From NCBI GenBank assembly GCA_964016885.1, contig OZ024742.1, positions 345,030,001 through 345,094,000 of the forward strand: 64,000 nt of DNA, in the 5' to 3' direction. The position numbers and the translations under genes are program-made. This DNA comes from Eledone cirrhosa (lineage: Eukaryota). The notes beneath the pieces are model-generated. The model ran no database searches. It worked only from the letters and a program-made list of their open reading frames with translations, and had not been told where the DNA came from. Below, one piece after another: positions 28,401 to 43,242 of this stretch (positions are counted from its first letter, which is position 1; each line of letters begins with the position of its first letter).

Positions 28401-31040
28401 GGGGTCGACTGGTGGTGCTGGACCTTGGCAGTGGTGAAGGTGGAGCCTTTAGGCTGGTAGCCGCATAGAGTCTTTTCTAGGGACGTCCCGTTCCCTGCTT
28501 TTAGTGGGGGACTGGAATGGTATCCTGGATGCACGTTGGGACTATGCAGGGGCATGTCCCGATAGAGAGGGGTGCAACAGCCTCAAGGGGTTACTCGACC
28601 GATTTGACCTGGCCGATAGATTTCGACTAGATTTACCGACGGTGACAACCTGGTCTTGGTCTTGGTCAAATCGCAGCGGATCATCTAGGTCGCCCCCGTG
28701 CTGAGCCAATGCGGCAAACGCAAATCCCCGGGTTTGGATGGTCTTCCATACGAATTATATCTAGCTATGCCGGACTTGTTCCCCGATCTCCTCGAGGCGG
28801 TCTACTGCGACTGGCAACAGAACGGGAGAATTCCCTGTACTGTGACCAAGGGCGTAGTCACGCTAGTGAGGAAGGACGAGAACAAGGGGGACGAAATAAG
28901 TAACTTCAGGCGCATAACTCTGCTAAATACAGAGTTACAGATTTTGGCCAAGGTGCTAGCAAAGAGGTTGGCGCTTGTCGTGGGCAACATGGTGGGCGAT
29001 GCGTAGACATGTGCTATCCCGTCCAGGTCCATCCATGACAACCTCCAGCTCATGCGATACATCATAGAGAGGGTTGGGAACAAACCATCTTTGGTGGGGC
29101 TCTGATCAACTTGGATCAATCTAAGGTGTTCGATAGGGTCGACCATGGTTACCTGAATGCGGTGCTAGCGGCGGCAGGCTTCGGACCCGTTTTCAGGGGC
29201 TGGATCACTGCTATGCACAACAGCCGCATCTGCTCTAGGGTCAAGGTGAACGGCTACCTCTCGGAGCCGTTCAAAATAGCGCGGTCCATCCGACAAGGGT
29301 GCCCTCTCTCCTCCCTTCTGTATGTGTTGACTCTCGAGCCACTACTGCGGAAGTTGGAGTTGTTGCAGGGCATCCCTTTGGAACCGGGATTGCGTAAAGC
29401 GGTGTCGGCCTACGCCGAAGACGTGACAGTAATGGTGTCGACGGCCTCCGAAATCGGGGCGATCGGCACCTTACTGGAGGAGTACGTAAGGTTCACAGGG
29501 GCTAAGCTGAACAGGGACAAGTCGATCGGTTTGCAACTCGGCACGCGGAGGGGCAGACCGATGCCCTCCAATGGCGTCGTCGGACGCTGGGCGGATGGCC
29601 CGGTGAAGCTGCTCGGGGTCTGGTTCGGACCAGACCTCCAGGTGGAGAAGAGCTGGGCGTAGGTTACGCACAGGGTGTTTGCACTGACCCAGAAGTTGGT
29701 CAGTTGCAAACTATCCCTGAAAGGTCGTGCGTAGGTGCCGAACACCTATATAGCGTCCGTCATCTACTACCGCCTGACCGTAGTGCCTTGCCCAAGGGAA
29801 AGCCTCGCCAAGATGGAGCGCGCGCTCTTCCAATTCCTTTGGAAGAGGTGGGCTCCCTTGGTGAGGAGATCCATCTGCTGTCAACACCCTTCGAAAGGAG
29901 GGCTGGGGATGCCGTGGCTAATGATGCGTAAACACGCATTAAGGCTACGGCACCTCCACGTATTTCTCACCGGTCAACCGGTGTGGGCCTCGTTTGTGAG
30001 ACGAACCTTTCCCAGACTCGTCTCACTCACCGAGCTGCAACCCTGGGTCAAGCAAAGACCGAGAAAACTGGGCGTCTGCCACACTGAGTGTGCCCAGGCG
30101 CTCACCGCCCTCTGGCAGTCGGATCCGGTTATCAGTAGAGACTCCACTGCAACATTCTATAGAGGGCTGGTACGCAACAGGTGCGACGACGCCCTCGGAG
30201 AAGCCCTAGACATGGAGGAAGACGAACTGGCCAGCCTGTTCGGTAGGACATTCAGCCCGGGACCTATGGACAACTTCCAGAAGTCCCTGGCCTGGCAGTG
30301 CTACCGAGGGTCTCTACCCGTTCGAGAAAAGCTCTACAGACACGGGCGCTCAGGTAGGCACCCCGCCAAAAAGATCTGTCCCAGATGCGTGTGCGACCGA
30401 AACCGTTGCACACGCATTGGTACACTGCTCGGGCATAGCCGATCTGTGGGGCTATGTCGAACAACTGCTGTTAAGGGTGGAACCGATCCGGTTGACCACC
30501 GAGTCTATTGTAATTATCAAGCCGCCTCCCCCCTTCAAAGATGAAGGAGAGGCGGTGTTTCTGTGCGTAATAGCCATGGTGAAAGAAGTTGTATGGTGGA
30601 CGCGTCTGAAAGGACTGAGGTCAGGCACCTTACTCTCTGGCCAACAACTGGTCTGTTTCTTCCGATATCATTTCGGAAGAAGGATCAGGATGGAGAGAGA
30701 GGTGCTCGACCCCACTCGTTTTTATGAAAGGTGGGTGAAAGTGGCGAGAATGGCCCGTGTGAATGGGCCTTCTCTTTACATAAGCCTGTAGGCGGAAAAG
30801 AGGAAGGAACGAGGGAACACCCCTCTCTGTGCTCCTGAGGAGAAGGGTTGCACACTTTTTTCGGGGGTGTGTGCGACCCCCCAAGGCGCCTCCTCTCTAT
30901 TGAGGATTTTGTTATAAATTTTATTTTTTGTTATATTTTATTTTATTTTTATATTTTGTTATTGGGGACGCCTTGTTTTGTAAACTCCCCCCTTTGTACT
31001 TGTCCCACTTTTGATGCCCTGGTGGCAAATAAAAGAAACA
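25417..31040 (+). mobile_element. Tx1-clade LINE, ORF1 remnant plus disrupted ORF2, with internal duplication
   Basis: ORF1 knuckle CYLCGNRGHLRAACP; APE motifs LNARGLG, GDWN, SYLDRF, SDHK; RT motifs KSPGLDG, FRPITLLN, KVFDRVDH, RQGCPLS, YADD; starts and ends in (TATC)n. Confidence 0.95.
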
Positions 31041-31070
31041 TATCTATCTATCTATCTATGTATTTACTAT

Positions 31071-33620
31071 CCTTGCAAGACAAAGATGGACGCATTCTAC
31101 TTGAATCCAAGCAGATGTGCACGGTCTTCCACCAGCATTTTGCACAACTGTTCGGGCAAAGCCGTACGTCAAGGGAGGTGATGGACTTCAGCACCTACCT
31201 CGACGGCGTACCACGACTCTCGAACGCGGATGCGGAGAGCTGCGAAAGGCCGATCACAGCGGGCGAAATAGAAGATGCCCTAGGCCGCTGTGGGAAACGC
31301 AAATCACCCGGTTTAGATGGTCTACCCTATGAGTTTTACATAGGCATGCCAGACTTGTTTTCTGGTGACCTCGAAGTTCGAAGCGGTCTACTGCAACTGG
31401 CAGCAGAACGGGAGGATTCCCAGTTCTGTAGGCAGAGGCGTAGTAACGCATATCAAGAAAAATGAGAACAAGGGAGATAAGCAATTTCAGGCCCATAACT
31501 CTGCGCAACACAGAGTTAAAGATTTTGGCCAAGGTGTTAGCAGCGAGGCTGGCGCTTGTCGTCGAGAATCTGGTAGGGGAAGCGCAAACGTGTGCAATTC
31601 CGACTAGGTCCATACACGATAACCTCCACCTCATGCGATACATCCTAGAGAGGATAGGGTGTAAATCTGGCTTCGATGGGGCTCTGATCAATTTAGATCA
31701 GTCTAAGGCATTTGATAGGGTCTACCATTAATACTTGGAAGCGGTTCTCAAGGCGGCCGGTTTCGGTCCCGTCTTCAGAGGCTGGATCGCTGCCATGCAC
31801 ACAAGTATCTGCTCGGCAGTCAAGGTGAATGGCTACCTATCGGAGCCATTCCAAATCATGCGTTCCATTCGACAGGGATGCCCTCTCTCCTCCCTTCAGT
31901 ATGTACTGACTCTCGAGCCATTACTGCGAAAGTTGGAGCTGTTGCAGGGCATCCCGATCGAACCAGGACTGCGGAAAGCAGCGTCGGCCTGTGCCGACGA
32001 CACAACCGTAATGGTGTCGAAAACCTCGGACATCGGGGTAATCGGCAACCTATTACAGGAATACGAAACATTGACAGGAGCAAGACTAAACCCAAACAAG
32101 TCTGTCGGTTTGCAACTCGGCACATGGAGAGGCAAACGCATGTCTTCCGACAGTGTCGCTGGACGCTGAGCGGAAGGACCGGTGAAATTGCTCGGGGTCT
32201 GGTTTGGTCCAGACCTCCAGGTGGACAAAAACTGGAACGAGGTCACAGCGAAGGTATTTGCACTCACCCAGAAGTGGGTTGAGTGCAAACTCCCCTTGAA
32301 AGGTCGAGCGGAGGTGGCGAACACTTACATAGCGTCCGCCATCTACTACCGCTTGACAGTCGTGCCTTGTCCCTGCGAATACCTCACCAAAATGGAACGC
32401 CTACTCTTCAAGTTCCGCTGGAAGAAACAGGCTCCATTGGTGAGGATATCCATCTGCTGTGTACACCCTTCTAACGGAGGGCTGGACATGCCGTGGCTGG
32501 TGATGCGCAAACACGCGCTGAAGCTACGCCATCTCCAGGGGTTTCTGACCGGTGAACCGGCGTGACTGTCGTTTGTGAGACGAACTCTTCCACAACTCGT
32601 CTCACTGACAGAGCTGCAGTCCTGGGTCAAGCGAAGACCGAAAATGGGCGCCTGGCACCTCGATTGCTTTCAGGCGCTCACACCCCTCTACCAAGCGGAA
32701 ACGGCAATCAGCGGAGACTCCACTTCGACATTTTATAGGGGATTAGTGGAGGATAAATGCGACGACGTTCTCGGGGAAACTCTAGGCATCGAGGAAGACG
32801 AACTGACCAGTCTGTTCGGGAGGACTTTCCGTCCAGGGCCTATGGATAACTTCCAGAGGTCCCTGGCCTGGTAGTGCTACCTAGGAGATCTACCAGTTCG
32901 AGACCAAATCTACAGGCACGGACGCCCTGGCAGAGATCCTGCCAAAAGGACCTGTCCAAGATGCAAGCAGGACATCGAAACCATTCTGCACGCAATTGTT
33001 CAGTGCCCAAGGGTGACCGACCTGTGGAATTATGTCGAACAGCTACTGTCACGTGTAGGACGCATCCAGTTGTCAGCCGAGTCCATCGTGAGGATCACCC
33101 CGCCGCCTTCATTTAAGAATGAAGGAGAGGCGGTCTTCCTCTGTCTGGTGGCTATGGCGAAAGAGGTAATATGGCGGACGAGGTTAAAAGGACTGAGGGC
33201 AAGCACATTTCTCTCCGGACAACAACTCATCCCCTTCTTTAAGCACCACCTCAGAAGGAAAGTGAGAGTGGGGAGAGAGGTGCTACACCCCAGTAAATTC
33301 GCAGAAAGGTGGGTGAATGTGGCGAAAATGGCCCGGGTGAATGGGCCTTCTCTGTATATAAACCTGTAGGTTGACGAAGATAAACAGAGGGAAGACGGGA
33401 ACACCTACAAAACGTGTTCCTGGTGTTGAGGGTTGTTCTATCCACGGGGTGCAAAATAACCCCGCAGTAGCATTACCCCCCCACCTAATAGGGATTCCAA
33501 TTCTTTTATTTTTATACAGTTTATTGTTATTTATCATTGTTAAAGCTTTTATGTAAAACCCCCGCCGTCACGTCTTGTAATGTCCCATTTGTGTACGCCC
33601 TTGTGGCAAATAAAAAAAGA
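31071..33620 (+). mobile_element. Tx1-clade LINE, 5'-truncated, second subfamily
   Basis: RT to C-terminus ..ARVNGPSLYINL*; distinct 3' UTR; tatctatc at both junctions. Confidence 0.93.
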
Positions 33621-33645
33621 TATCTATATATATAACTATCTATCT

Positions 33646-36600
33646 ACTTAACTGAAATCGTCTTGAAAGAGGCAATGCCGGAAATACAATACATACAAAG
33701 GGCTAAACTCTATGGAAGCATTTCGGTGCTCTTCAAAAGTGAAGCCCTTGCGAAAACATACTCATTGACCCCGGTCACCTCTGCCACACACACCTTTTTT
33801 CCTACATACATGGGAAAAAGAACACAAATAATAAACATCACCAATATACTACCCAACATTAACATCAGGTGGATTCTGGCAGGTTTCTTGGAGGAAGATG
33901 AAGACACAATACTGTCGATTCAAAAATCCATAAGAAACAACTAGAACGGCACAAGCTTGTAAATTTTGGTCCAAATGAAACCGGACAGAATTCCAAGATA
34001 CCAGAAAGGGGGCCAGTAGACAATACCAATTACATCCACATTTCGGCAGATGCAAGGAGGCAACATTGTTTTAAATGCGCGAGCACATCGCATTTAAAGG
34101 CCTCCTGTCCCCTCTTACGAACAAAAACCCACACCCCCAAAAAGTACTTTTACCAACACCAACTCCAAAACCACAATAACACCAACACACAAAACAAGCA
34201 AACACACAAACACAAACAACTGTTCAACAACAGAAAAAAACACAAACAATTCCGCTGAAAAGCACAGTCCCACCCCATCCCACTCCATCCAACACTACCA
34301 AAATCACACACACAAACACACCATCACCACACAACATAAACCCTCTCACACTCCCCTGATAACGATTCATCACCAGACGAGGCTACTTCTCCTTCCCCAA
34401 GTGAAGATGAAGGAGAGCCTCGTAAATAAAAAAAAAGAAAAAAGAATAGACACTACAAAGCCACAAAAACAACAATCACCAACACAAACACACAACCACC
34501 AACACAAATAACAAATGAAACACCACCCCAATCAACCCCCCACCCCTACCAGCAAAACAAACACCAACACCACCCCAAACACAAATGCCCACCATAAAAT
34601 GAAAACTACAAAATTAACAACAAACCAAAACAACACAACAAAAAAACAAACAACAATACACATACATTAACAAAAACAACAAAAACCTAATGGAGGTCAT
34701 CCCCCAAGACCACAAAGTAGAAACCGAGGGGAAAACGTTTGTAAAAGCAGACTCTCAACCACACTTAAAACTAATAAGGGTTTCGATAGAGACCTATCAG
34801 ACATTGAAAGAAAAGTTTTCACAGGACGTTGGCAACCCCTGCCAAAAACCAATAAACCGTGTCCTGTTGAAATGTTTCCCCACCCCACTCAACACTCCCA
34901 CCAGAACTGAAATGGAGATTGAACAACCCGATCTTCAGGAAACGAAAATGTAAGTGCACCTTTTCGTCCTTTTTTCCAACTCTTCTCCACCAACATGGCT
35001 GACGTACGAGTTGAAAGCGTGAATGAGCGTGGCCTAGGGATGCCCTGGAAACAGGGCCAACTTTTAAACGACCTTAGGTCACACGGTATAGATGTAATAG
35101 CCATCACCGAGTCCAGGATCCACAACAGGCAGCAACTAACCCCCATCTTCAATGACTTTGAGATCTACGCATCTCTCTGTCAGCCGGGAGGTGGAAGGGG
35201 AGTGACTGTCATGTTTCGGAAAAATCTGGATCTCGAAGTACAGCAAGTAAACTTGGACCCGGACATCTAGATCGTATCTAGATAGGTTTTTCATTAGAGA
35301 AAAGGACAATACGATGTTAAGCTGTCCACAAATGCACATGGTTGCCTATTCAGATCACAAACTAGTCGTCTGCATAGTCAACCGTGATAGAATACATAGA
35401 CAAGGAGCCGGATACTGGAAGCTGAACGTGCCGTTGCCGGCACGAAAAGCCTACAGTCAACGGATAAGTAGATTAGTTAAGCAAGGGTTAACGGGAGCCA
35501 TCGTCAACAATAGATAATGGTACTCTCTCAAGAGAGCAATTAGAGTAGAATCGATAGGGTTTAGGAGAGAATTAGCTGTAGAGAAAAACAAATCAGAAAC
35601 AGAACTAGTAGCCAAAGTAGAAGAGCCGCTTAGGAGTGGCAACGCAGCTAGAGTGCTAGCAATGAGAACGGCACTAGACCAGTTTTCGACGTGAAATACG
35701 AAGGTTCCGTGGTCAGAAGTAAATCACGTGCTCTAGGAAACGAGGGAGCAAAAGCTGTTAGCTGGGAGCGAGTGGCGGAAGCGAAAAGTGGCAACAAGTC
35801 CACGATTCGGTCTTTGAAAGACCAAAACGGACGCATGCTACTTGAACCCAGGCAGATGTGCGCGGCCTTTCAGCGGCACTTTGCGCCACTGTTTGAGCAG
35901 AACGACGGTGCACCGAACGGGGCAATGGACTTTGGTTCATACCTCGACGGCCTGCCGCGTCTCTCGAACATGGACGCCGAGTTCTGCGAAAGACCGATCA
36001 CAGCCACTGAGATACGGGACGCTCTGGGAAACGCAAATCACCCGGTCGAGATGGTCTACCGTATGAGTTTTACATAGGCATGCCGGACTTGTTCTCTGGC
36101 GTCCTCGAAGCCGTCTACTGCAATTAGCAGCAGAACGGGAGAATTCCCAGTTCTGCAGGCAAGGGGGACGAAATAAACAATTTCAGGCCCATAACTCTGC
36201 TCAACACAGAGTTAAAGATTTTGGCCAAGATGCTAGCAACGAGGCTGGCGCTTGTCGTCGAAAGCCTGGTAGGGAAAGCGCAAACGTGTGCAATCCCGAC
36301 CAGGTCCATACACGACAGCCTCCACTTCATGAGATAGATCATAGAGAGGATGGGGTGTAAACCCGGCTTCGGTTGGGCTCTGATCAATTTAGATCAGTCT
36401 AAAGCATTCGATAGGGTCGACCATCGATACTTGGAAGCGCTTCTCAAGGCGGCCGGATTCGGTCCCGTTTCCAGAGGCTGGATGAAGGCGATGCACACCA
36501 GCATCTGCTCGAAGGTCAAGGTGAACGGTTACCTATCGGAGCCGTTCGCAATCACACGTTCCATTCGACAGGGATGGCCTCTCTCCTCCATTCTGTACGT

Positions 36601-38302
36601 ATTGACTCTAGAGCCACTACTGCGGAAGTTGGAGCTTTTTCAGGGCATCCCTTTAGAACTGGGACAGCGAAAAGCGGCGCCCGCTTATGCCGACGACGTG
36701 ACGGTAATAGTGTCGAAAACCTCAGAAATCGAGGTAATCGGCAACCTACTACAGGAATACGAAAGGTTCACAGGAGCAAAACTGAACCCGGACAAATCTG
36801 TCGCTTTGCAACTCGGAAGGTGGCGAGGTAAACCGATGCCGACCGACAGCGTCGTCGGACGCTGGACGGAAACCCCGGTGAAATTGCCCGGGGTCTGGTT
36901 CGGTCCAAACCTCCAGGTGGAGAAAAACTGGAACGAGGTCATGGCCAAGGTATTTGCGCTTACCCAGAAGTGGGCAGAGTGCAAACTGTCTTTGAAATGT
37001 CGAGCAGAGGTGACGAACACTTTCATAGTGTCCGTCATCTACTACCGCTTGACTGTCATGCCTTGTCCCCGTGAATATCTCACCAAGATGGAACGCATGC
37101 TTTTCCAGTTCCTGTGGAAGAAGCAGGCTCCGCTGGTGAGAAGATCCGTCTGCTGTCAACACTCTTCCAACGGAGGGCTGGGCATGCCGTGGCTAATGAT
37201 GCAAACAAGCGCTGAGGCTACGGCATCTTCAGGTATTCCTCACCGACCAACCGGTGTGGGCACCGTTTGTGAGACAGGCATTCCTACAACTTGTCTCGCT
37301 GATGGAGCTGCAGTCCTGGGTCAAGTGAAGAAGATGGGCGCCTGGCACATTGAATTCGCCCAGGCGCTCACAGTCCTCTGTCAAGCGGGCACACCAATCA
37401 GTGGAGACTCCACTTCGACATTCTATAGAAGGTTAGTACTTTACAAGTGCGACGACGTGCTCGGGGAGACTCTAGGCGTCGAAGACGACGAGCTCACCTG
37501 TCTGTTCGGTAGGACTTTCCGCCCGGGACCTATGGAGAACTTCCAGAGGTCCCTGGCCTGGCAGTGCTACAGAGGAGCTCTACCTGTTCGAGATAAGATC
37601 AACAGGCTCGGACGCCCCGGCAGGGATCCTTCCAAGAGGACGTGTCTAAGTGGCGAGCAGGACATTGAAACCGTCTTGCACACAATTGTACACTGCCCGG
37701 GCGTAAGCGACCTGTGGAACTATGCAGAACAACTGCTGTCGCGTATGGGACAAATCCAGTTGACTGCCGAGTCCATAGTAAGGATAACACCGCCAGCCTC
37801 TTTCAAAAACGAAAGAGAGGCGGTTTTCCTCTGTACAGTGGCTAAGGTGAAAGAGATGTTTTATGGTGGACGAGATTGAGAGGACTGAGGACAGATGCCT
37901 TTCTCTCCGGACAACAATTGATTCCCTTCTTTAGATACTACTTTAGAAGAAGAATCAGAGTGGAGAGAGAGAGGCACTGCACCCCAGTAAATTTACTGAA
38001 AATGGGGGGGGGGGATAAATGAAGCGAACATGGCCCGAGTGATTGGGCCTTCTCTGTTTATAAGCCTGTAGGTTAAAGATGAGATCAAAAGGAAGAAGGG
38101 AGCACTTGCACAACACGCTCCTGAAGTCGAGGGCTGTTCTATCGACGGGGTATTAAACAACCCATTTGTGGCGTCTCCTCCCTATTGGAGATTTCGATTG
38201 TTATAATTGTTTGTTTTATATTTTTTTTTACACGACTCAATGTAAAATCCCCGGCATGTATTGTCCCCTTTTCTTGTGCGCCCTTTTGGCAAATAAAGAA
38301 AT
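33646..38302 (+). mobile_element. Tx1-clade LINE, ORF1 and ORF2 remnants, third subfamily
   Basis: Knuckle CFKCASTSHLKASCP near 34066; ORF2 start at 34995; RT ORF 36350-37879 with KAFDRVDH, RQG.PLS, YADD; ends aataaagaaatatatctatc. Confidence 0.93.
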
Positions 38303-38355
38303 ATATCTATCTACTTAACTATTTATCTATCTATCTATTTATCTATCTATCTACA

Positions 38356-38525
38356 TTTTTTCGGGGGTATGTGTTACTCATATAAACTGTCTCCCTCCAT
38401 TGCGGAAAATCGACTAACTTTTTAAATTGCATTTGTGATAACATTTTACACGTTTTTATTGTATGTAAACTTCCCCCTTTGTATTTTTCCCCTTCCTTTG
38501 TGCCCCTGTGGCTAATAAAGAAACA
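38356..38525 (+). mobile_element. Tx1 3' UTR-only fragment in (TATC)n
   Basis: Matches 22229-22400. Confidence 0.9.
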
Positions 38526-38691
38526 TATCTATCTATCTATCTAACATCTACGTATCTATATAACTATCTATCCATCTATCTATATAACTATCAATCTACT
38601 TATCTATCTATCTATCTATTTATCCATCTGTTTATCGATCTGTCGAGCAGCCTTTCTGTCTGTCAGACAATCTGATTCTCTGTCTTTATAC

Positions 38692-38694
<3 letters not shown>

Positions 38695-38761
<67 letters not shown>

Positions 38762-38774
38762 CATATATCGATAC

Positions 38775-38806
<32 letters not shown>

Positions 38807-39216
38807 GTGTGTGTGTGCGTGTATCTCTCTCTCTCTCTGTATATATATGCATGTATGTATGTATGTATGTATGTATGTATGTATGTATGTATGTATGTAT
38901 GTATGTATGTATGTATGTATGTATGTATGTATGTATGTATGTATGCATGTGTGTTTCCATATTCCGGACAGTGCAGTTAGCAGTTATCTGAAATTGTATG
39001 ATACAAGTTTGTGAAATCTAAACCAGAACATACAGCTGTCCAAATAACGCCATGTACTGTTTTGGGAAAATAACATCAACAAAAACACAGCCATTACATT
39101 AACAACAAATAATAAATATATAACACAGGTCTTACTTTCTTTCAATATAAACAAACGTTGCAAGATTTGATGGCATTCCTTTCCTTCTTTATTTTCTTCT
39201 CTCCCTATATATGTGA

Positions 39217-39270
<54 letters not shown>

Positions 39271-39567
39271 ATGTATGTATTTATATACAGATATGTATGT
39301 ATGGATGGATGTATCTAAGTTTATATGTATATGTATGCATACATGTATATGAATGTATATGTATAAGTATATGTATAAGTATATATATATATACACATAC
39401 ATATATATATGTATGTATGTTTAAGAATATATATACATATTTATACATAAATGTATGTATATATATATATATATGTTTATACATGCATATATACATACAT
39501 GCATATACACATACATACATACATACATACATACACACATACATACATACATACATACATACATACA

Positions 39568-39599
<32 letters not shown>

Positions 39600-39945
39600 C
39601 ATTCATATAGTACTTCGCAATATTATATCAAAACGATAAGCTGAGTAAATCTGCATGTGGATTCGCTTCATTACAACATAATATTCAAGACAAACCGCTC
39701 ACATACATTCTTTACTCCTTTTGTTCGTCCTGGAGAGAATATGTTTCCTAAACAAACAATGGATGTTATTATTTTGGAATATTCCAGTTTTGTTAATGAT
39801 TTCCTCGATGCAACCTTCCAACGTTTCATCCCGGGAATGGAGTGAATGGCGTCGCTGTAATAATGCCTATCATGTCATTCTGTATGTGTTCTAACAATGG
39901 CGGCAACCCATAGAGTTTCCTTCATTTTCGTCATCTTATCATTGA

Positions 39946-39983
<38 letters not shown>

Positions 39984-40278
39984 ACCTCCTCTTCCTCCTC
40001 CTCCTCCTCATCATCATCATCATCATCGACGTCATCGTGTCATTGTCATCACCATCATCATCATCATCATCATTGTCGTCGTCATAGCCATCGTTATTAT
40101 TGTCATTATTATCGTTTTATAACCATATTCATCAACATCATCGGCCGTTTCAGTAATATTATTACACCTACACCATATATATATGTTCATATATATTGTA
40201 TATTATATATATATATATATAATATATTATATTATATCATATATATGTATGTATATACATACATATATGTTATATTAT

Positions 40279-40313
<35 letters not shown>

Positions 40314-40402
40314 TATATATATATATATATATGCATGTATGTATGTATGTATGTATGTATATACATACATATATATATATTATATTATATCATATATATA
40401 TT

Positions 40403-40448
<46 letters not shown>

Positions 40449-40640
40449 CATACATATATATATATATATTATGTTATATTATATCATATATATATATATA
40501 ATATAATATAATATAATACAATATAATATAATATAATATATAATATATATTATATACACACACACATATATATATATATATGTGTGTGTGTGTATATAAT
40601 ATATATTATATATTATATTATATTATATTATATTACATTA

Positions 40641-40722
<82 letters not shown>

Positions 40723-40812
40723 TATAATATATATGATATAATATAATATAATGTATTATAATATATAATATATATTATATACACACACACACATATAATA
40801 TATATATATATG

Positions 40813-40874
<62 letters not shown>

Positions 40875-40929
40875 AATATATATATGATATAATATAATAT
40901 ATATGTATGTATATACATACATACATACA

Positions 40930-40991
<62 letters not shown>

Positions 40992-40992
40992 A

Positions 40993-41045
<53 letters not shown>

Positions 41046-41503
41046 ATACTTTGGGAGGGTCATGTTGCCAATAAGAAACACACGCACCAGTTGCTTTCAC
41101 TTCAATTTATTATATATTTATAAATTTACGAATTTACAAATTTATAAATTTCTGGTTGGTTGGTTGGTTCCACAACCAGATAGTTGTTTATATATAGTGA
41201 TAGTCCTTTCGTCACACACTCTGTCACCTCTTCAGTGACTGCGGATTCCTTTCTTTGTTTCTGTGCCTCTCCTTTGTTCTTTCCTACGCCATTTTGTTTC
41301 TGTGTGTGTGTTGTGTGCTTAGTCTAAGCATGCGCCACATTCGGGTGTCTGTGTGTGTTTATGTTCATTTATCTATTTGTTTATTCATTTATTTATTTAT
41401 TTACATGTTACTTATTGGCAACATGACCCTCCCAAAGTATAACAATATCGGTTTCAACACACGATTTCAGATAAAGAATCTTGCTAAACAAATTCAGAAA
41501 CGA

Positions 41504-41540
<37 letters not shown>

Positions 41541-41620
41541 GATATAATATAATATATATGTATGTATATACATACATATAAACATATATATATGATATAA
41601 TATAATATATATATATGTAT

Positions 41621-41663
<43 letters not shown>

Positions 41664-41788
41664 TGATTTAAATGTTTTAGATACAAACACCCATATGTAT
41701 AGATTATAGTTATGGTGTAGAATATTTGTTTGTATTATTGTTACTATTATTATCGTTGTTATTATTAATATTATTACTATTATTATGA

Positions 41789-41841
<53 letters not shown>

Positions 41842-41860
41842 ATTATTATTATTATTTTTG
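38695..41860. repeat. Microsatellite-rich block: (TA)n, (TATG)n, (CATA)n, (CAT)n, (ATT)n
   Basis: Read directly from the sequence. Confidence 0.9.
41040..41447 (-). mobile_element. HHR-bearing non-coding element with inverted copy of its terminus
   Basis: 36-37 bp inverted repeat (41040-41075 / 41411-41447); degenerate HHR at 41196-41240; homolog at 44462-44870. Confidence 0.7.
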
Positions 41861-42756
41861 TTGTTTTGTTATTGTTGTAAGTATTATTGATCTAGTTGAT
41901 GTCTATATTATGAAAGAATCTCTGAATATGTCTGTGTTTGTTTGTTGATTGGTGTGTGTGTGAGTGGGTCTGTCTCTTTGTGTATGTGTGTGTATGAGAG
42001 AGAGGGTGAGTGTGTGTATGTGTGTATATATTTGTGTGAGTGTGTGTATGAGAGAGAGAGAGTGAGTGTGTGTGTATGTGTGTATGTATTTGTGTGAAAA
42101 ACACCCTTTCTCATCCGTTTGATTAACAATGTTTTTTTTTTAGATTGAATGTTTCTGGTCTGTCCATCGTATTCTGGCATGGACTGTAATAAAACTCAGC
42201 GAAATCAGTGTTAACGAATCTCGCCACAATGGTTTAGTAAGAAAAAGAATAAGAAACCCATGAAAAAAAAACAATAAAATAAATTACGAACAAAAATATA
42301 AAACATAACAAAACACAAGAAATCAGAAATATCTCTTGTATAATAACGTGCAGATATACTCACTGCATCACGTATTCAAAATGGCGTCCCTGCATTACAG
42401 CAGTACACAAAAAAAAAAACATTGAAGGAAGAAATAGCAACAATTGAAAAAGTAAAAGCATAGAAATATTTGCAGGCTTGTATTTATTGATTGTGCTTAA
42501 CTTTAAAGATAAGACGATGATGAAGAGTTTCCAAATGTAGAGTTAGTTACGAGTAAGATGTATGTTAAAAAAAAAAACACAACACAAATAAACAATTAGA
42601 CGAACAGCCATTAACTCCTTGGTGGGATGGTACGGGTGCCGTTTCGATACATGGCGTGTCTTGGACGTTTTACACCTGTCTCAGCCCATCTCAGCCCATT
42701 CCTCACCAGATCGGAATTCAGTCGATTTCTTCCAAACAAAAAGAGGGGGTAGAGAA

Positions 42757-42896
<140 letters not shown>

Positions 42897-43168
42897 GGAA
42901 GGGAAAGAAAGACAGACAGAGAGATAGAAGAAAGACAGACAGAGAGATAGAGATCAAGAGATATAAAATAAGACTCAATTCTTTTCCTGCACTGGTATTT
43001 TAAGGGAACGTTTACCTCCACGGGATTTGAACCCAGAGCACATTGAGCCGGAATAAATATCGAGATATTTTTACTCGAAAGCTTTAATAACCCAACCAAT
43101 ATATCGCCATTGTATGCAAAATGGCGGACGCATAATAAGTTGTTGTTGTTGCCGTTTAGCTGAGCAAG

Positions 43169-43242
43169 TGTATGAATGATGGTGTTCAAGATATGACATC
43201 GTAAGTTTTGGATGTCATATCTTGAACACCATCATTCATACA
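43169..43242. repeat. Perfect 32-bp inverted repeat with 10-nt loop
   Basis: tgtatgaatgatggtgttcaagatatgacatc / gatgtcatatcttgaacaccatcattcataca. Confidence 0.9.

Noticed and set aside
27092-37162. Antisense and alternate-frame ORFs over the Tx1 copies
   Set aside because: Expected by-products of GC-rich coding sequence.
39897-40511. 204-aa ORF with apparent signal peptide, poly-Ser and poly-His
   Set aside because: Derived from (CAT)n/(CCT)n and (TA)n repeats; no splice or homology evidence.
43169-43242. Hairpin as a pre-miRNA
   Set aside because: A perfect stem without bulges, in a window full of fold-back insertions; no expression data.
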